IMG/VR virus record: IMGVR_UViG_3300008807_000161
Location: 1-46,261 of that record
Origin: a virus
DNA: 46,261 nucleotides
Strand: one strand, 5' to 3'
Shown here: positions 46,131-46,261 of the stretch, piece after piece
Layout: the number at the start of each line of letters is the position of its first letter
Numbering within the stretch: position 1 is the first letter of the stretch
The notes under the pieces: model-generated
Told to the model about the DNA's origin: nothing
Databases searched by the model: none
Seen by the model: only the letters and a program-made list of their open reading frames with translations
Position numbers and translations under genes: made by a program

Positions 46131-46261
46131 GTGACCCATTGCCGGTAGGGGAAACACCGCCTGCCGAGAACCCCAACGCCCCCGCGCTGATCAAGCTGCG
46201 CACGTCAGCAGCGTTGATTCGCCAAATCCAAAAGATCGCGCCGATGCTCGACGATACGCGC
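46127..46261 (+). CDS. N-terminal part of the junction-spanning hypothetical protein (continues at nt 100 of the window).
   Basis: ATG 46127 overlaps the fibre TGA (ATGA). Sequence is MSDPLPVGETPPAENPNAPALIKL... Confidence 0.7.
   Translation, partial: MSDPLPVGETPPAENPNAPALIKLRTSAALIRQIQKIAPMLDDTR
46163..46261. repeat. Terminal direct repeat, copy 2 of 2.
   Basis: Exact copy of nt 1..99. Confidence 0.95.

Noticed and set aside
1-46261. A reverse transcriptase (DGR or retron), CRISPR-Cas, transposase/IS elements, or rRNA genes.
   Set aside because: No ORF shows RT (YxDD), transposase DDE or Cas motifs by eye, and there are no template/variable repeat pairs near the fibre gene. The only large exact repeat is the 99-bp terminal overlap. 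This is an absence by inspection, not by profile search.

Overview
The window is a complete genome of about 46.16 kb from a temperate, siphovirus-like tailed phage. The first 99 nt are identical to the last 99 nt, so the contig closes on itself, and one gene runs across the junction. The DNA is visibly GC-rich (not computed) with strong GGAGG-type ribosome-binding sites and many ATGA/GTGA-coupled genes.

Layout:
- **Post-tail-fibre genes (46127..1500, +):** three small genes ending at convergent hairpins.
- **Leftward early operon (8914 down to 1614, -):** Lar-like zinc finger, MazG, DEDD exonuclease, an SSB-like protein and many unknowns. It is driven by a perfect TTGACA-N17-TATAAT promoter buried in operator palindromes.
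- **Lysogeny module (9158..11671):** tyrosine integrase, an attP core that is the 3' half of a tRNA-Arg(UCU), a low-GC gap with a promoter plus a GAAC-N4-GTTC box, an XRE-type repressor without a peptidase domain, and a divergent Cro-like gene.
- **Rightward early/replication operon (11767..22967, +):** LexA-DNA-binding-domain-only protein, SNF2 helicase fused to a beta-class DNA methyltransferase, DnaN sliding clamp, HExxH phage metallopeptidase, RepA/AAA_25 helicase, an iteron-rich putative origin, DnaG-type primase and a VRR-NUC nuclease.
- **Lysis cassette (23009..25502):** includes a three-domain endolysin.
- **Packaging, head and tail (25506..46130):** TerS, TerL, portal, protease/scaffold, decoration protein, capsid, tail tube, G/GT-type -1 frameshift chaperone, tape measure, and a 1375-aa fibre with an S74 chaperone domain.

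The most unusual points:
- A candidate SOS-controlled antirepressor or antisense module.
- A phage LexA-domain protein coupled to the helicase-methylase.
- The 12-copy iteron origin, whose perfect 10-mer also sits on the cro ribosome-binding site.
- Phased operators at two loci 2.36 kb apart.
- Intercistronic stem-loops in the early operon.
- A reverse-strand moron splitting the chaperone and tape-measure genes.

All functional calls rest on motif recognition by eye. No database search was possible.
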